Positions 18,286-27,946 of a stretch of DNA of 64,000 bases are shown piece by piece. Origin of the DNA: Nitrososphaerota archaeon (GTDB lineage Archaea > Thermoproteota > Nitrososphaeria_A > Caldarchaeales > Calditenuaceae); contig JAVQSZ010000006.1 of NCBI GenBank assembly GCA_033581555.1, positions 55,415 to 119,414 of the forward strand, in the 5' to 3' direction. The position numbers and the translations under genes were made by a program. Position 1 is the first letter of the stretch. Every line of letters starts with the position of its first letter. The notes beneath the pieces are model-generated. The model did no database searches and was not told the DNA's origin. It was given only the letters and a program-made list of their open reading frames with translations.

Positions 18286-19167
18286 GTGCGGATGCCCTGG
18301 GAGCGGTGGGAGTTCAGGCCGAGGCGGCTCCCCCTGATCACCTCGGAGGTAGCGGTCGACGTGCTGGAGGCGCTCGACAGGGGCCGCTCGACCGTCACGA
18401 CGAGCCTGGACCTCTGGGTCTCGAGGGTCGAGCTCGAGCTGACTTCCGATGGCGCGAGGATAGGGCCCGTTCTCGTTCGAAGGGACGAGCTCGAGGAGGT
18501 CGCGGAGGACAAGCGTACCGTCTTCGCAGCGACGTCAGACGGCCTAGCTCCGGTCGAGGCGAGGGCCACGAGGTACTACAAGCTCGTGAACTGCGGGAGG
18601 GGGAGGGCCCCGACGCTCGAGGTCGACGGGATCCACATGCACAGGGTTGCGGACGTCTCCCCGACCGAGGACGCCTCCGCGAAGGTGGGCCTGCTGGGAG
18701 CTCTGAGGGGGAGGGTGGTCCTCGACACCTGCACGGGGCTCGGGTACACCGCGGTCGAGGCGCTGAGGAGGGGCGCAGCTCAGGTGGTCACGGTCGAGGT
18801 CGACCCGAACGTCCTCTCTATCGCGGAGCTGAACCCCTGGTCCGAGGTCCTCTCGTCTGGCTGCGCGGAGCTGATCCTCGGAGACGTCGCCGAGGTGGTC
18901 AGGGACCTCCCGAGCGGACACTTCGACGCGGTGATCCACGACCCGCCGAGGTTCTCGCTGGCCGGGGAGCTCTACTCCGAGGGGTTCTACAGGGAGCTCG
19001 CGAGGGTCCTGAGGCCCGGCGGGAGGATCGTCCACTACGTCGGCCATCCCGGCTCGAGGTCGGGGAAGAGGATCCACGTCGGCGTGATGAGGCGGATGAG
19101 GGCCTCGGGCTTCGGGGTGAGGTGGGTCGAGGAGCTGGGGGTCGTGGTGGGGAGGAGGGCGCCTTGA
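18286..19167 (+). CDS. Class I SAM-dependent methyltransferase (archaeal family)
   Basis: PTLEVDGIHMHR, VLDTCTGLGYTA, FDAVIHDPPRFSLAGELYS. Confidence 0.85.
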   Translation: MRMPWERWEFRPRRLPLITSEVAVDVLEALDRGRSTVTTSLDLWVSRVELELTSDGARIGPVLVRRDELEEVAEDKRTVFAATSDGLAPVEARATRYYKLVNCGRGRAPTLEVDGIHMHRVADVSPTEDASAKVGLLGALRGRVVLDTCTGLGYTAVEALRRGAAQVVTVEVDPNVLSIAELNPWSEVLSSGCAELILGDVAEVVRDLPSGHFDAVIHDPPRFSLAGELYSEGFYRELARVLRPGGRIVHYVGHPGSRSGKRIHVGVMRRMRASGFGVRWVEELGVVVGRRAP

Positions 19168-19224
19168 GGCCGTCCGGCCGGTAAAACGGTTTTGTCGTGG
19201 GGCTTAGTAGTGTTGACTGCGGAC

Positions 19225-20640
<1,416 letters not shown>

Positions 20641-20641
20641 G

Positions 20642-20908
20642 CTACGGGATCACCCTGACGAGGCTCCCCTGTCCCAGCCCCGGGACCTCTTTCCCCTCTT
20701 TTGCCGCCTCGAACTCGACGGTCAGCACGTCCTCCGCGGCCTCTACGACCCTCCCCTTCCAGGGGTTCCCGTTGTAGTCGAGGTAGACGACCTCCTTCCC
20801 CACGAGCGACGGGAGGTCGACATCGCCGGAACCCGATGTAGGCGAGACGAGGGCCCTGTCGAGCTCGTCGAACCCTATCACTATCATATCGATCGGCTCC
20901 TCGGACAT
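20642..20908 (-). CDS. Small acidic protein with similarity to the ribosomal protein L35Ae (eL33) fold
   Basis: ATG at 20908 with CTATAAG upstream; LVGKEVVY...GNPWKGRVV...VEFE...VPGLGQGSLVRV. Confidence 0.55.
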   Translation of the reverse strand: MSEEPIDMIVIGFDELDRALVSPTSGSGDVDLPSLVGKEVVYLDYNGNPWKGRVVEAAEDVLTVEFEAAKEGKEVPGLGQGSLVRVIP

Positions 20909-21101
20909 GTCCCGCGCCCCGGGCACCCCCGGTGACCGCGACTTATAGCTTGTGTGGACCACGGCCTCTGCGATGAACGCGTAACGAGAACCGTGTGGCT
21001 CTCAGGGCCCGCATTACGCGTGATCTGGCACCGAGTCCTCAGAGAGGCTCACAGCGCAACGTGCTTCGATCAGCCTCTTCTACAAACTCACGGACCGTGT
21101 A

Positions 21102-22754
21102 TCACGAGCCGAACATCCAGCTGACGCCTTCGCTCGCCCTCCTGACTAGGTCCGAAGGGACGTCCCTCTTGCGGACCCAGCTCTCGAGGAAGACCCTGCT
21201 CATTGCTAACGGCCAGTCCTCACCAGTCTCCTTCGAGACCTCCTCGGCCCACCTCTGGTAGTGAAGGGCCGCGATCACGCTCCCTAACCTCTCGAGGAGG
21301 TACTTCGCGTGGTGCTCGACGCTGTCCGAGGCCGCCGCGGCCACGGCCCGCTTGACTTCGCCCTCGAGGAGCGCTCCGAGGGCAACCCTCGCCTCCCCGT
21401 CCTCCACCTCGGAGGCCCCCGCGGCCAGCTCCTCCATCAACCGCTCCGCGAGCCCCTTCCTGAAGAGGACCTCGACCATGTCCAGTGACTGGACGTTGCT
21501 GGTCCCCTCCCAGATCGCGGTCACCAGGGAGTCCCTGTGGACCTTCGCGATCGGGTACTCCTCGAGGAACCCTATGCCGCCCATCAGCTCCATCGCGTAC
21601 CTCGTCAGCTCGATCGAGGTCCACGCTGCCATGTTCTTGGTGACGTGGCTCAGAAGCCTCGCCCTGTGATAGTCCAGGGAGTAGGGAGGCCGCTCCCCGG
21701 AGACCCCGCTGAAGGCCTTCGCCGCGATCAGGGAGAGCAGGAGGTTCGCCTGGAGCCTAGCCTCCATCTCGACGAGGTCCCTCAGGTAGAGCGGGTGCTC
21801 GACGAGCCTCTTCCCGAAAGCCTTCCTCTGGCTGCCGTAGAGCGCGGCCTCCCAGAGCGCCTTCCTCGCGAGACCCAGCCCGGCGATCGCGTTGTCTATC
21901 CTCGCGACGGTGAGGACCTCGAGCGCGATGTAGATCCCCTGGCCCTGCTGCCCGAGCTGGTAGGCCTCGGTATCCCTGAGCTCCACCTCGCCGGTCGGCA
22001 CCGTGACCGTGCCCAGCTTCTCCTTCAGCCTGATGATCCTCCAGTTCGGCGAGCGGTCCTCCTTCCTCGCAGGCGCGAAGAACGCCGCGACGCCCTTCGG
22101 TCCGCTCACAGCGGGGAGCGGCTTGGCCGTGATTATCGCCGCGTCGGCCAAGCCCACGTTGCTGGTGAAGTACTTCAGGCCATTGAGGAGCCACTTCCCT
22201 CCCCTGGCCTCCGCGACGGTCTCGATGTTCCCGAGGTCGCTGCCCGCCTGGACCTCGGTGTAGAACGTCGCCCCCGTCCAGGGCCTCTTACTCCTCAGGA
22301 AGTTCGGGAGGAACCGCGACCTCGTCTCGTCGTCGCCGTACTTCATCAGCCCGTAGGCCGTCTGCATCGTAAGGGTGACCGTGCAGAAGAGTCCTGCGTC
22401 CGAGATCACGTAGCCCGAGACGAAGTGGTAAGTCAGGTCCCTCTCCCCTTTCAGGGCCTTCGAGACCACCCCGAAGCCCAGCAGGTCGTAGACCGTCCTG
22501 AGGTGCTCCGGCGAGACCAGCACCGAGTCGACCTCACGGCCCGTGGCGCTCCACTTCCTTAGCGTCGGCCTCGCGAACCGGTCGATCCAGTAGCTCGCCT
22601 CCATCATCTCGGTCGAGACGTAGCGCCCGAGCCTCTCAAGGTCCGAGTCGCCCTCGAACCCGACGTGTCTCAGGAGGAGCTGTAGGGGCTTGTCCTCGGT
22701 GAAGTAGTTCCTGCCTGTGCTGAGCCAGAGCTCGCCGAACACGTCCCCAATCAA
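21102..22754 (-). CDS. Acyl-CoA dehydrogenase (AidB-like)
   Basis: TFYTEVQAGSDLG, LNGLKYFTS, RLKEKLG..PTGEV, ELMGGIG, IWEGTSN. Confidence 0.9.
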   Translation of the reverse strand: MIGDVFGELWLSTGRNYFTEDKPLQLLLRHVGFEGDSDLERLGRYVSTEMMEASYWIDRFARPTLRKWSATGREVDSVLVSPEHLRTVYDLLGFGVVSKALKGERDLTYHFVSGYVISDAGLFCTVTLTMQTAYGLMKYGDDETRSRFLPNFLRSKRPWTGATFYTEVQAGSDLGNIETVAEARGGKWLLNGLKYFTSNVGLADAAIITAKPLPAVSGPKGVAAFFAPARKEDRSPNWRIIRLKEKLGTVTVPTGEVELRDTEAYQLGQQGQGIYIALEVLTVARIDNAIAGLGLARKALWEAALYGSQRKAFGKRLVEHPLYLRDLVEMEARLQANLLLSLIAAKAFSGVSGERPPYSLDYHRARLLSHVTKNMAAWTSIELTRYAMELMGGIGFLEEYPIAKVHRDSLVTAIWEGTSNVQSLDMVEVLFRKGLAERLMEELAAGASEVEDGEARVALGALLEGEVKRAVAAAASDSVEHHAKYLLERLGSVIAALHYQRWAEEVSKETGEDWPLAMSRVFLESWVRKRDVPSDLVRRASEGVSWMFGS

Positions 22755-22802
22755 CGCCTCCCCGGATTAGGACTTTCCGCGAGCACGGTCTGTCTGGATC
22801 GC

Positions 22803-23231
22803 GTGCAACGCACAATAGCCCGCAGGTCCAGGCTTCATCGGGTCTTGAGGCGTCCTGAATGGTCCCCGAGGTCGAGGGCGGGGAGGAGGCTCGTCAGGAA
22901 GCTCACCCTCGAGAACCTCTGGCTCTACGTCCTAGCGATACTGAGGGAGGGGCCGAGGTACGGCTACGAATTCGTCGACCTGATCGAGGGGAGGTTCGGG
23001 TTCAGGCCGAGCAGGGTCACCTGCTACGTGGTCCTCTACAGGCTCGAGAGGGAGGGGCTGATCTCCTCCAGCAGGCTCGAACGGAGCAGGACCGGCGGCG
23101 CCAGGGTCTACTACGAGCTCACCGAGAGGGGCAGGGACGAGCTCGAGTCTGCCTTGAAGTTCCTGAGGGGAGTCGCCGAGGCGCTCTCCGGCCGCTCTAG
23201 CAGCGGCCTCTCAGTGGGAGTTAAGGGCTAA
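22803..23231 (+). CDS. PadR family transcriptional regulator (start uncertain)
   Basis: LWLYVLAILREGPRYGYE, YVVLYRLEREGLI, RVYYELTERG. Confidence 0.9.
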   Translation: MQRTIARRSRLHRVLRRPEWSPRSRAGRRLVRKLTLENLWLYVLAILREGPRYGYEFVDLIEGRFGFRPSRVTCYVVLYRLEREGLISSSRLERSRTGGARVYYELTERGRDELESALKFLRGVAEALSGRSSSGLSVGVKG

Positions 23232-23237
23232 ATAGTA

Positions 23238-23253
23238 TTTTATGGTCATAAAA
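23238..23253. promoter_or_regulatory. Perfect inverted repeat TTTTATG-GT-CATAAAA between an AT-rich promoter-like stretch and the ino1 start
   Basis: Read directly; ends 2 nt before the GTG at 23256. Confidence 0.55.
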
Positions 23254-23255
23254 CT

Positions 23256-24338
23256 GTGCCGAAGGTCAGGGTTGCGATAGCGGGCGTGGGCAACTGCGCC
23301 TCGGCCCTCGTCCAAGGTGTCCACTACTACGCGAGCGCCGACGACGGCGATCAGGTCCCAGGGCTGATGCACGTAAGGCTCGGGGGGTACCACGTGGGAG
23401 ACATAGAGTTCGTCGCGGCTTTCGACGTCGACGCGAGGAAGGTCGGGAAGGACCTCTCCGAGGCGATCTTCTCGCCTCCCAACAACACTCTGAGGTTCGC
23501 GGAGGTCCCGAGGCTTGGCGTAGAGGTGATGAGGGGCCCGACGCTCGACGGCCTCGGGAGGTACCTGAGGGACGAGGTCCCCGAGCACCCTGGCAGGCCG
23601 GTCGACGTTGCCGACGCGCTGAAGAGCGCCGGAGCTGATGTTCTGATCAACTTCCTCCCCGTCGGGAGCGAGGAGGCCACCAGGTTCTACGCGAGGTCTG
23701 CCCTCGAGGCGGGGGCCGGCGTGGTGAACGCGATCCCGGTCTTCATCGCGAGCGACCCGGCCTGGCAGTCGGAGTTCGAGAGGAGGAACGTCCCGATAGT
23801 CGGGGACGACATCAAGAGTCAGGTCGGGGCCACGATCCTCCACAGGTCCCTTGTGACCCTCTTCGGCGACAGGGGCGCGGTCGTCGACAAGACCTACCAG
23901 CTGAACTTCGGAGGGAACACGGACTTCCTGAACATGCTCGAGAGGGAGAGGCTCTCCTCGAAGAAGAAGTCCAAGACCGGCGCGGTGACGTCGGTAATGC
24001 AGGGGCGTCCGGTCGACGGAGGGAGCGTCCACATAGGGCCGAGCGACTACGTCCCCTGGCTCCAGGACAGGAAGGTCGCCTACATCAGGCTCGAGGGGAG
24101 GCTCTTCGGGGACGCGCCGATCACCGTTGAGGTCAGGCTCGAGGTCTGGGACTCGCCGAACGCGGCGGGCGTAGCGGTTGACGCGATCAGGTGCGTGAAG
24201 CTCGCGATGGACAGGGGCGTAGGAGGCGTCCTCTACTCGCCCTCGGCCTACCTGATGAAGTCCCCGCCGGTCCAGTACCCCGACCACGTCGCCAGGGCGA
24301 TGATCGAGGAGTTCATCGAGGGGAAGAGGCTGCGCTGA
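23256..24338 (+). CDS. ino1: Myo-inositol-1-phosphate synthase
   Basis: [51 protein letters not shown]. Confidence 0.95.
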   Translation: MPKVRVAIAGVGNCASALVQGVHYYASADDGDQVPGLMHVRLGGYHVGDIEFVAAFDVDARKVGKDLSEAIFSPPNNTLRFAEVPRLGVEVMRGPTLDGLGRYLRDEVPEHPGRPVDVADALKSAGADVLINFLPVGSEEATRFYARSALEAGAGVVNAIPVFIASDPAWQSEFERRNVPIVGDDIKSQVGATILHRSLVTLFGDRGAVVDKTYQLNFGGNTDFLNMLERERLSSKKKSKTGAVTSVMQGRPVDGGSVHIGPSDYVPWLQDRKVAYIRLEGRLFGDAPITVEVRLEVWDSPNAAGVAVDAIRCVKLAMDRGVGGVLYSPSAYLMKSPPVQYPDHVARAMIEEFIEGKRLR

Positions 24339-24625
24339 GCCAGACGGCCTTCGGCTCCTACACTAGCGGAGAGACGGGGACGGTCGAGGGTCATCAGGGG
24401 GAGACCTTCTCCTCAGGAGCTCGGCCTCACCACGACCTCCTCGAGGACCTCCACCTCTGGGGTCGTTAGCACCGGCACCCTGCTGGTGAGGGGAAAATCG
24501 CTCAATAGAGTGGCTGGAGTTTTGGCAAGAAGAGGGGTCCTCACCCGTCACCGCGAGAAGTCACTAGCATGTTAGTTGGGCAGGAAATTCCTTTATCGGA
24601 CGATCACCGAGCTGGGTTGGAAGGG

Positions 24626-25879
24626 ATGGCGTTTCAGTCGCTCTGGATCTGGGAGCTCGAGGAGGTACGGGAGAGGCTCGACTGGTACTACAGGGTGGCG
24701 AACAACGAGCTTCCGGCGAAGTACCTGATCTGCAGGAGGATACCCGCGGAGTTCGGGCCCGAGTCGACGACCGAGGAGCTCTGGAGGGAGCACAGGAGGC
24801 GTGCTGAGGAGTTCAGGTCAGTCCAGGGGGAACTGAGGGAGGGGGGATTGAGGTTAAGGGACCTCGAGGAGACCTCACCGTCACTTATGGGCCTGAAGGT
24901 CGAGATCGTCAGGAGGACGCTGAGGTCCTGCACCTTCTGCAGGTGGAGGTGTAGGATCGATAGGGCCTCCGGAGGGAAGCTCGGCACCTGCATGCTCGCG
25001 AGGACCTCGAAGGTCAGCAGCTACTTCCACCACCTCGGCGAGGAGCTCCCGATCAGGGGCACGTTCGGTTCCGGGACGATCTTCTTCACCTCCTGCAACA
25101 TGAGGTGCGGGTTCTGCCAGAACGGCGACATCAGCAAGGACAAGGACAACGGCCTCGACGTGACGCCGGAGCTGCTCGCGAAGATGATGTGGGAGCTGAG
25201 GGTCGAGGGCTGCCACAACGTCAACCTCGTCGGCGGCGAACCTACGGTCCACCTCCACACGATCGTCGAGGCGATATCGATGATAGGTAAGGTGCTCCCG
25301 GAGAAGGAGGACCTCGCGTACATGTGGCTGATGAAGCCCGACTACCTGAGGTGGAGGAGGCTCCCGAGGGAGAGGTACACGATCGACGGCGAGTTCAACG
25401 TCCCGATCCTTTGGAACTCGAACATGTACATGACGCCCGAGACGCTCGAGCTGCTCAGGGAGCTGGTTGACATCTGGCTCCCGGACTTCAAGTTCGGGAA
25501 CGACAAGTGCTCGATAAGGCTCGCGAGGACTCCGTGGTACTGGGAGACGGTGACCGCGAACCACAAGGCGATCTACGAGTGGGGCGAGGACATAGTGATC
25601 CGGCACCTAGTCATGCCGAACCACGTCGAGTGTTGCACGAGGCCGGTCCTCGAGTGGATCGCGAGGAACATGCCCGGGACGCTCGTCAACGTCATGGACC
25701 AGTACCACCCCGACTGCTTCGCGGACCCGACCTCGCCCGAGTTCGACCCGAGGCTCTCCGACATAGCCCGGTACCCGACGGCGCAGGAGATCGCGGAGGC
25801 GTACAAGATCGCGAGGGAGCTCTCGATCCCCTTCGAGGCGATCAGCCTCGAGAAGAAGGGCCTCGTCCTCAGGTTCTGA
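24626..25879 (+). CDS. Radical SAM protein, PflX-like
   Basis: CTFCRWRC, HLGEE, SGTIFFTSCNMRCGFCQN, NLVGGEPT, PDFKFGN, IRHLVMPNH. Confidence 0.88.
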   Translation: MAFQSLWIWELEEVRERLDWYYRVANNELPAKYLICRRIPAEFGPESTTEELWREHRRRAEEFRSVQGELREGGLRLRDLEETSPSLMGLKVEIVRRTLRSCTFCRWRCRIDRASGGKLGTCMLARTSKVSSYFHHLGEELPIRGTFGSGTIFFTSCNMRCGFCQNGDISKDKDNGLDVTPELLAKMMWELRVEGCHNVNLVGGEPTVHLHTIVEAISMIGKVLPEKEDLAYMWLMKPDYLRWRRLPRERYTIDGEFNVPILWNSNMYMTPETLELLRELVDIWLPDFKFGNDKCSIRLARTPWYWETVTANHKAIYEWGEDIVIRHLVMPNHVECCTRPVLEWIARNMPGTLVNVMDQYHPDCFADPTSPEFDPRLSDIARYPTAQEIAEAYKIARELSIPFEAISLEKKGLVLRF

Positions 25880-25905
25880 AGGATCTAACGCGATTCGGAA
25901 ATTCA

Positions 25906-25920
25906 GTACAGTATTCGTAC
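25906..25920. promoter_or_regulatory. Candidate Lrp/LysM-type operator GTAC-AGTATTC-GTAC upstream of lysW
   Basis: 15-bp semi-palindrome with AT-rich core in the AT-rich intergenic region. Confidence 0.35.
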
Positions 25921-26027
25921 CAAATCAACGGGGGCTCCTCGGGTCTCTGCGCCGCTAGGTGGCGGATATCGGAAGGACATTACGTTTATGAGCGGGACGT
26001 GTCAAGACCGCGCGAGGTGCTGGTGGC

Positions 26028-26201
26028 GTGAGGCCGCTTAGCTGTCCAGTGTGTGACGGGAAGGTCGACGTCCCGGAGGACGCGCTCGAGGGAGAGCTCT
26101 TCGAGTGCGGGTCCTGCGGCGCCCAGCTCGAGTACTACCTCGAGGGCGAGAGGCCCAGGCTGAAGATGGCCGAAGAGGTCGCGGAGGACTGGGGAGAGTA
26201 G
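26028..26201 (+). CDS. lysW: Amino-group carrier protein LysW (57 aa, not in ORF track)
   Basis: Translates to MRPLSCPVCDGKVDVPEDALEGELFECGSCGAQLEYY...EEVAEDWGE: zinc ribbon plus diagnostic C-terminal EDWGE. Confidence 0.95.
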   Translation: MRPLSCPVCDGKVDVPEDALEGELFECGSCGAQLEYYLEGERPRLKMAEEVAEDWGE

Positions 26202-26217
26202 ACGGGTAAGCGGGGGC

Positions 26218-27072
26218 TTGAGGATAGGGATAGCCTACGACGTCGTCCGGGACGAGGAGAGGCAGATCGTCGAGGCGATCAGGAGGAGGGGCCACGAGCT
26301 CGTTCCGCTCTACGTGCCCTCTATGGTCGTGAAGGTCGAGAACTCCTCCGAGCGCTTCGCTAACGGCGTCGACTTCGCTTTCGAGAGGTGCGTGAGCTTC
26401 TACAGGGCCCTCTCCAGCGCGGCGCTCCTCGAGGGCGAAGGCGTCGAAGTCGTCAACCGATACGAGGTGATCAGGGACTGCGGCGACAAGCTGGTGACGA
26501 CGATCAGGCTCTCCACGAGAGGCGTCCCCGTCCCGAGGACCTACGTGGCCTTCTCGAGACAGAAAGCGGTGGAGGCGGCGAGGGAGCTCGGGTACCCGGT
26601 GGTCGTGAAGCCGATCTTCGGCAGCTGGGGGAGGATGATGGCGAGGGCCCTGAGCGAGGACGACCTGCTCGACATCATCGACTTCAGGGAGTCGATGCCC
26701 TCTCCCTACTTCAAGGTCCACTACATCCAGGAGTTCGTGAACAAGCCCGGAAGGGACATCAGGGCTTTCTACGTCTGGGGAGAGGTCCCGGTCGCGATCT
26801 ACCGGTACAGCAGCAGGTGGAAGACCAACACGGCGCTAGGGGGAAGGGCTGAGCCCGCGGAGCTCACCGAGGAGCTGGTGGACCTGACGGTGAGGGCAGG
26901 CGACGCGATGGGCGGCGGAGTGCTCGGGGTCGACCTGATGGAGTCTCCGGACGGGAGGCTCTACGTCAGCGAGGTGAACGCGGTCGTCGAGTTCAGGAAC
27001 ACCGTCAGGGTCACCGGTGTGGACCTGGCCGGGATGATGGTCGAGAAGACAGTAGAGCGGATGAGGAGGTAG
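26218..27072 (+). CDS. lysX: LysX/ArgX ATP-grasp ligase (RimK family)
   Basis: CGDKLVTT, VVKPIFGSWGR, YIQEFVNKPGRDIR, WKTNTALGG, EVNAVVEFRN; follows lysW. Confidence 0.93.
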   Translation: MRIGIAYDVVRDEERQIVEAIRRRGHELVPLYVPSMVVKVENSSERFANGVDFAFERCVSFYRALSSAALLEGEGVEVVNRYEVIRDCGDKLVTTIRLSTRGVPVPRTYVAFSRQKAVEAARELGYPVVVKPIFGSWGRMMARALSEDDLLDIIDFRESMPSPYFKVHYIQEFVNKPGRDIRAFYVWGEVPVAIYRYSSRWKTNTALGGRAEPAELTEELVDLTVRAGDAMGGGVLGVDLMESPDGRLYVSEVNAVVEFRNTVRVTGVDLAGMMVEKTVERMRR

Positions 27073-27348
27073 TCAGCCCTCCCTCGAGAGCGCCTCCACC
27101 GTGACCTCTCCGACTCCCTCTAAGGACCTCAGGAACTCCTCCAGCTGGTCGGTCACGCCCTCCCTCTCAGGGAGTGAGAAGGCGATCAACAAGCTCTCGA
27201 GCCCGAAGGCGACGCTCTCCCTCCTCGCGCTCCTCACGATCACCCCCTCCGGCGCGGAGCCCCTTATCGCCTCCAGGAGCCCGTCGAGGTCGACCTGGTC
27301 GTCGGAGGGCATGACCCTGACCACGTAGAGCACCCGGCCCATGGTCAC
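27073..27348 (-). CDS. ef1b: Elongation factor 1-beta
   Basis: VRVMPSD, ESVAFGLESL, EGVTDQLEE..LEGVGEV. Confidence 0.92.
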   Translation of the reverse strand: MTMGRVLYVVRVMPSDDQVDLDGLLEAIRGSAPEGVIVRSARRESVAFGLESLLIAFSLPEREGVTDQLEEFLRSLEGVGEVTVEALSREG

Positions 27349-27530
27349 GGCCCCTCGAAGCCGCAGACCGGGCAGACGTAGGTCCTCGAGAGCTCCCTGC
27401 AGACCTCACACCTCCATATGGTCACCCTGTTGCATGACGGGCACGGGAACTTCACTGCCTTCTCTTCGGGCGTTATCGACCTGTTGCAGGACGTGCAGCT
27501 CGGCAGAGCTATCACCCTAGCGCTCGGCAC
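27345..27530 (-). CDS. Zn-ribbon protein (DUF1610/HVO_2753-like)
   Basis: CTSC..FPCPSC..IWRCEVCR..YVCPVCGFEGP, in its usual position upstream of ef1b. Confidence 0.9.
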   Translation of the reverse strand: MPSARVIALPSCTSCNRSITPEEKAVKFPCPSCNRVTIWRCEVCRELSRTYVCPVCGFEGP

Positions 27531-27633
27531 GGGAGTCCGGGGCCCCGGGTCCTAATAAAGCGGAGGCGCGGTCGCGCGGAACGTTCAAGAGACGACGCGG
27601 GGGCGTCGGTGCGGCCGCGGTGGACCTGCGGAC

Positions 27634-27942
27634 TTGACCAGGGACGCGGCGAGGGAGCGGAGCAGGACCGTCCTCAGGGAGGTCGAGAGGCTGATGGAGC
27701 TGGCCCTGCACACCGACGACGAAGTCCTGAGGAGGGCCGCGGTCAGGCACGCGGTGGAGCTCTGCAGGAGGACGAGGACCAAGATGCCGAAGAGGTACTC
27801 GAGGCTGGTCTGCAAGAGGTGCCTCTCGCTCTACAGGTTCACGGAGGGCTCGAGGTTCAGGGTGAGGAGGGGAAGGACCAGGTGCGTGGTGATCACCTGC
27901 GGCAGCTGCGGCGCCGTCAACAGGATTCCGATCGAACGATGA
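27634..27942 (+). CDS. rnp4: Ribonuclease P protein component 4 (Rpp21)
   Basis: Helical N-terminus, VCKRC..RFRVR..VVITCGSCGAVNRIP. Confidence 0.85.
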   Translation: MTRDAARERSRTVLREVERLMELALHTDDEVLRRAAVRHAVELCRRTRTKMPKRYSRLVCKRCLSLYRFTEGSRFRVRRGRTRCVVITCGSCGAVNRIPIER

Positions 27943-27946
27943 GCCC

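Noticed and set aside
24339-24568. Intergenic gap with minus-strand CTGATGA and a 30-codon ORF (24413-24505, MSDFPLTSRVPVLTTPEVEVLEEVVVRPSS)
   Set aside because: No matching GAAA core or stems for a hammerhead ribozyme and no clear C/D box pair; the ORF is short with no motif, so at most a gene remnant
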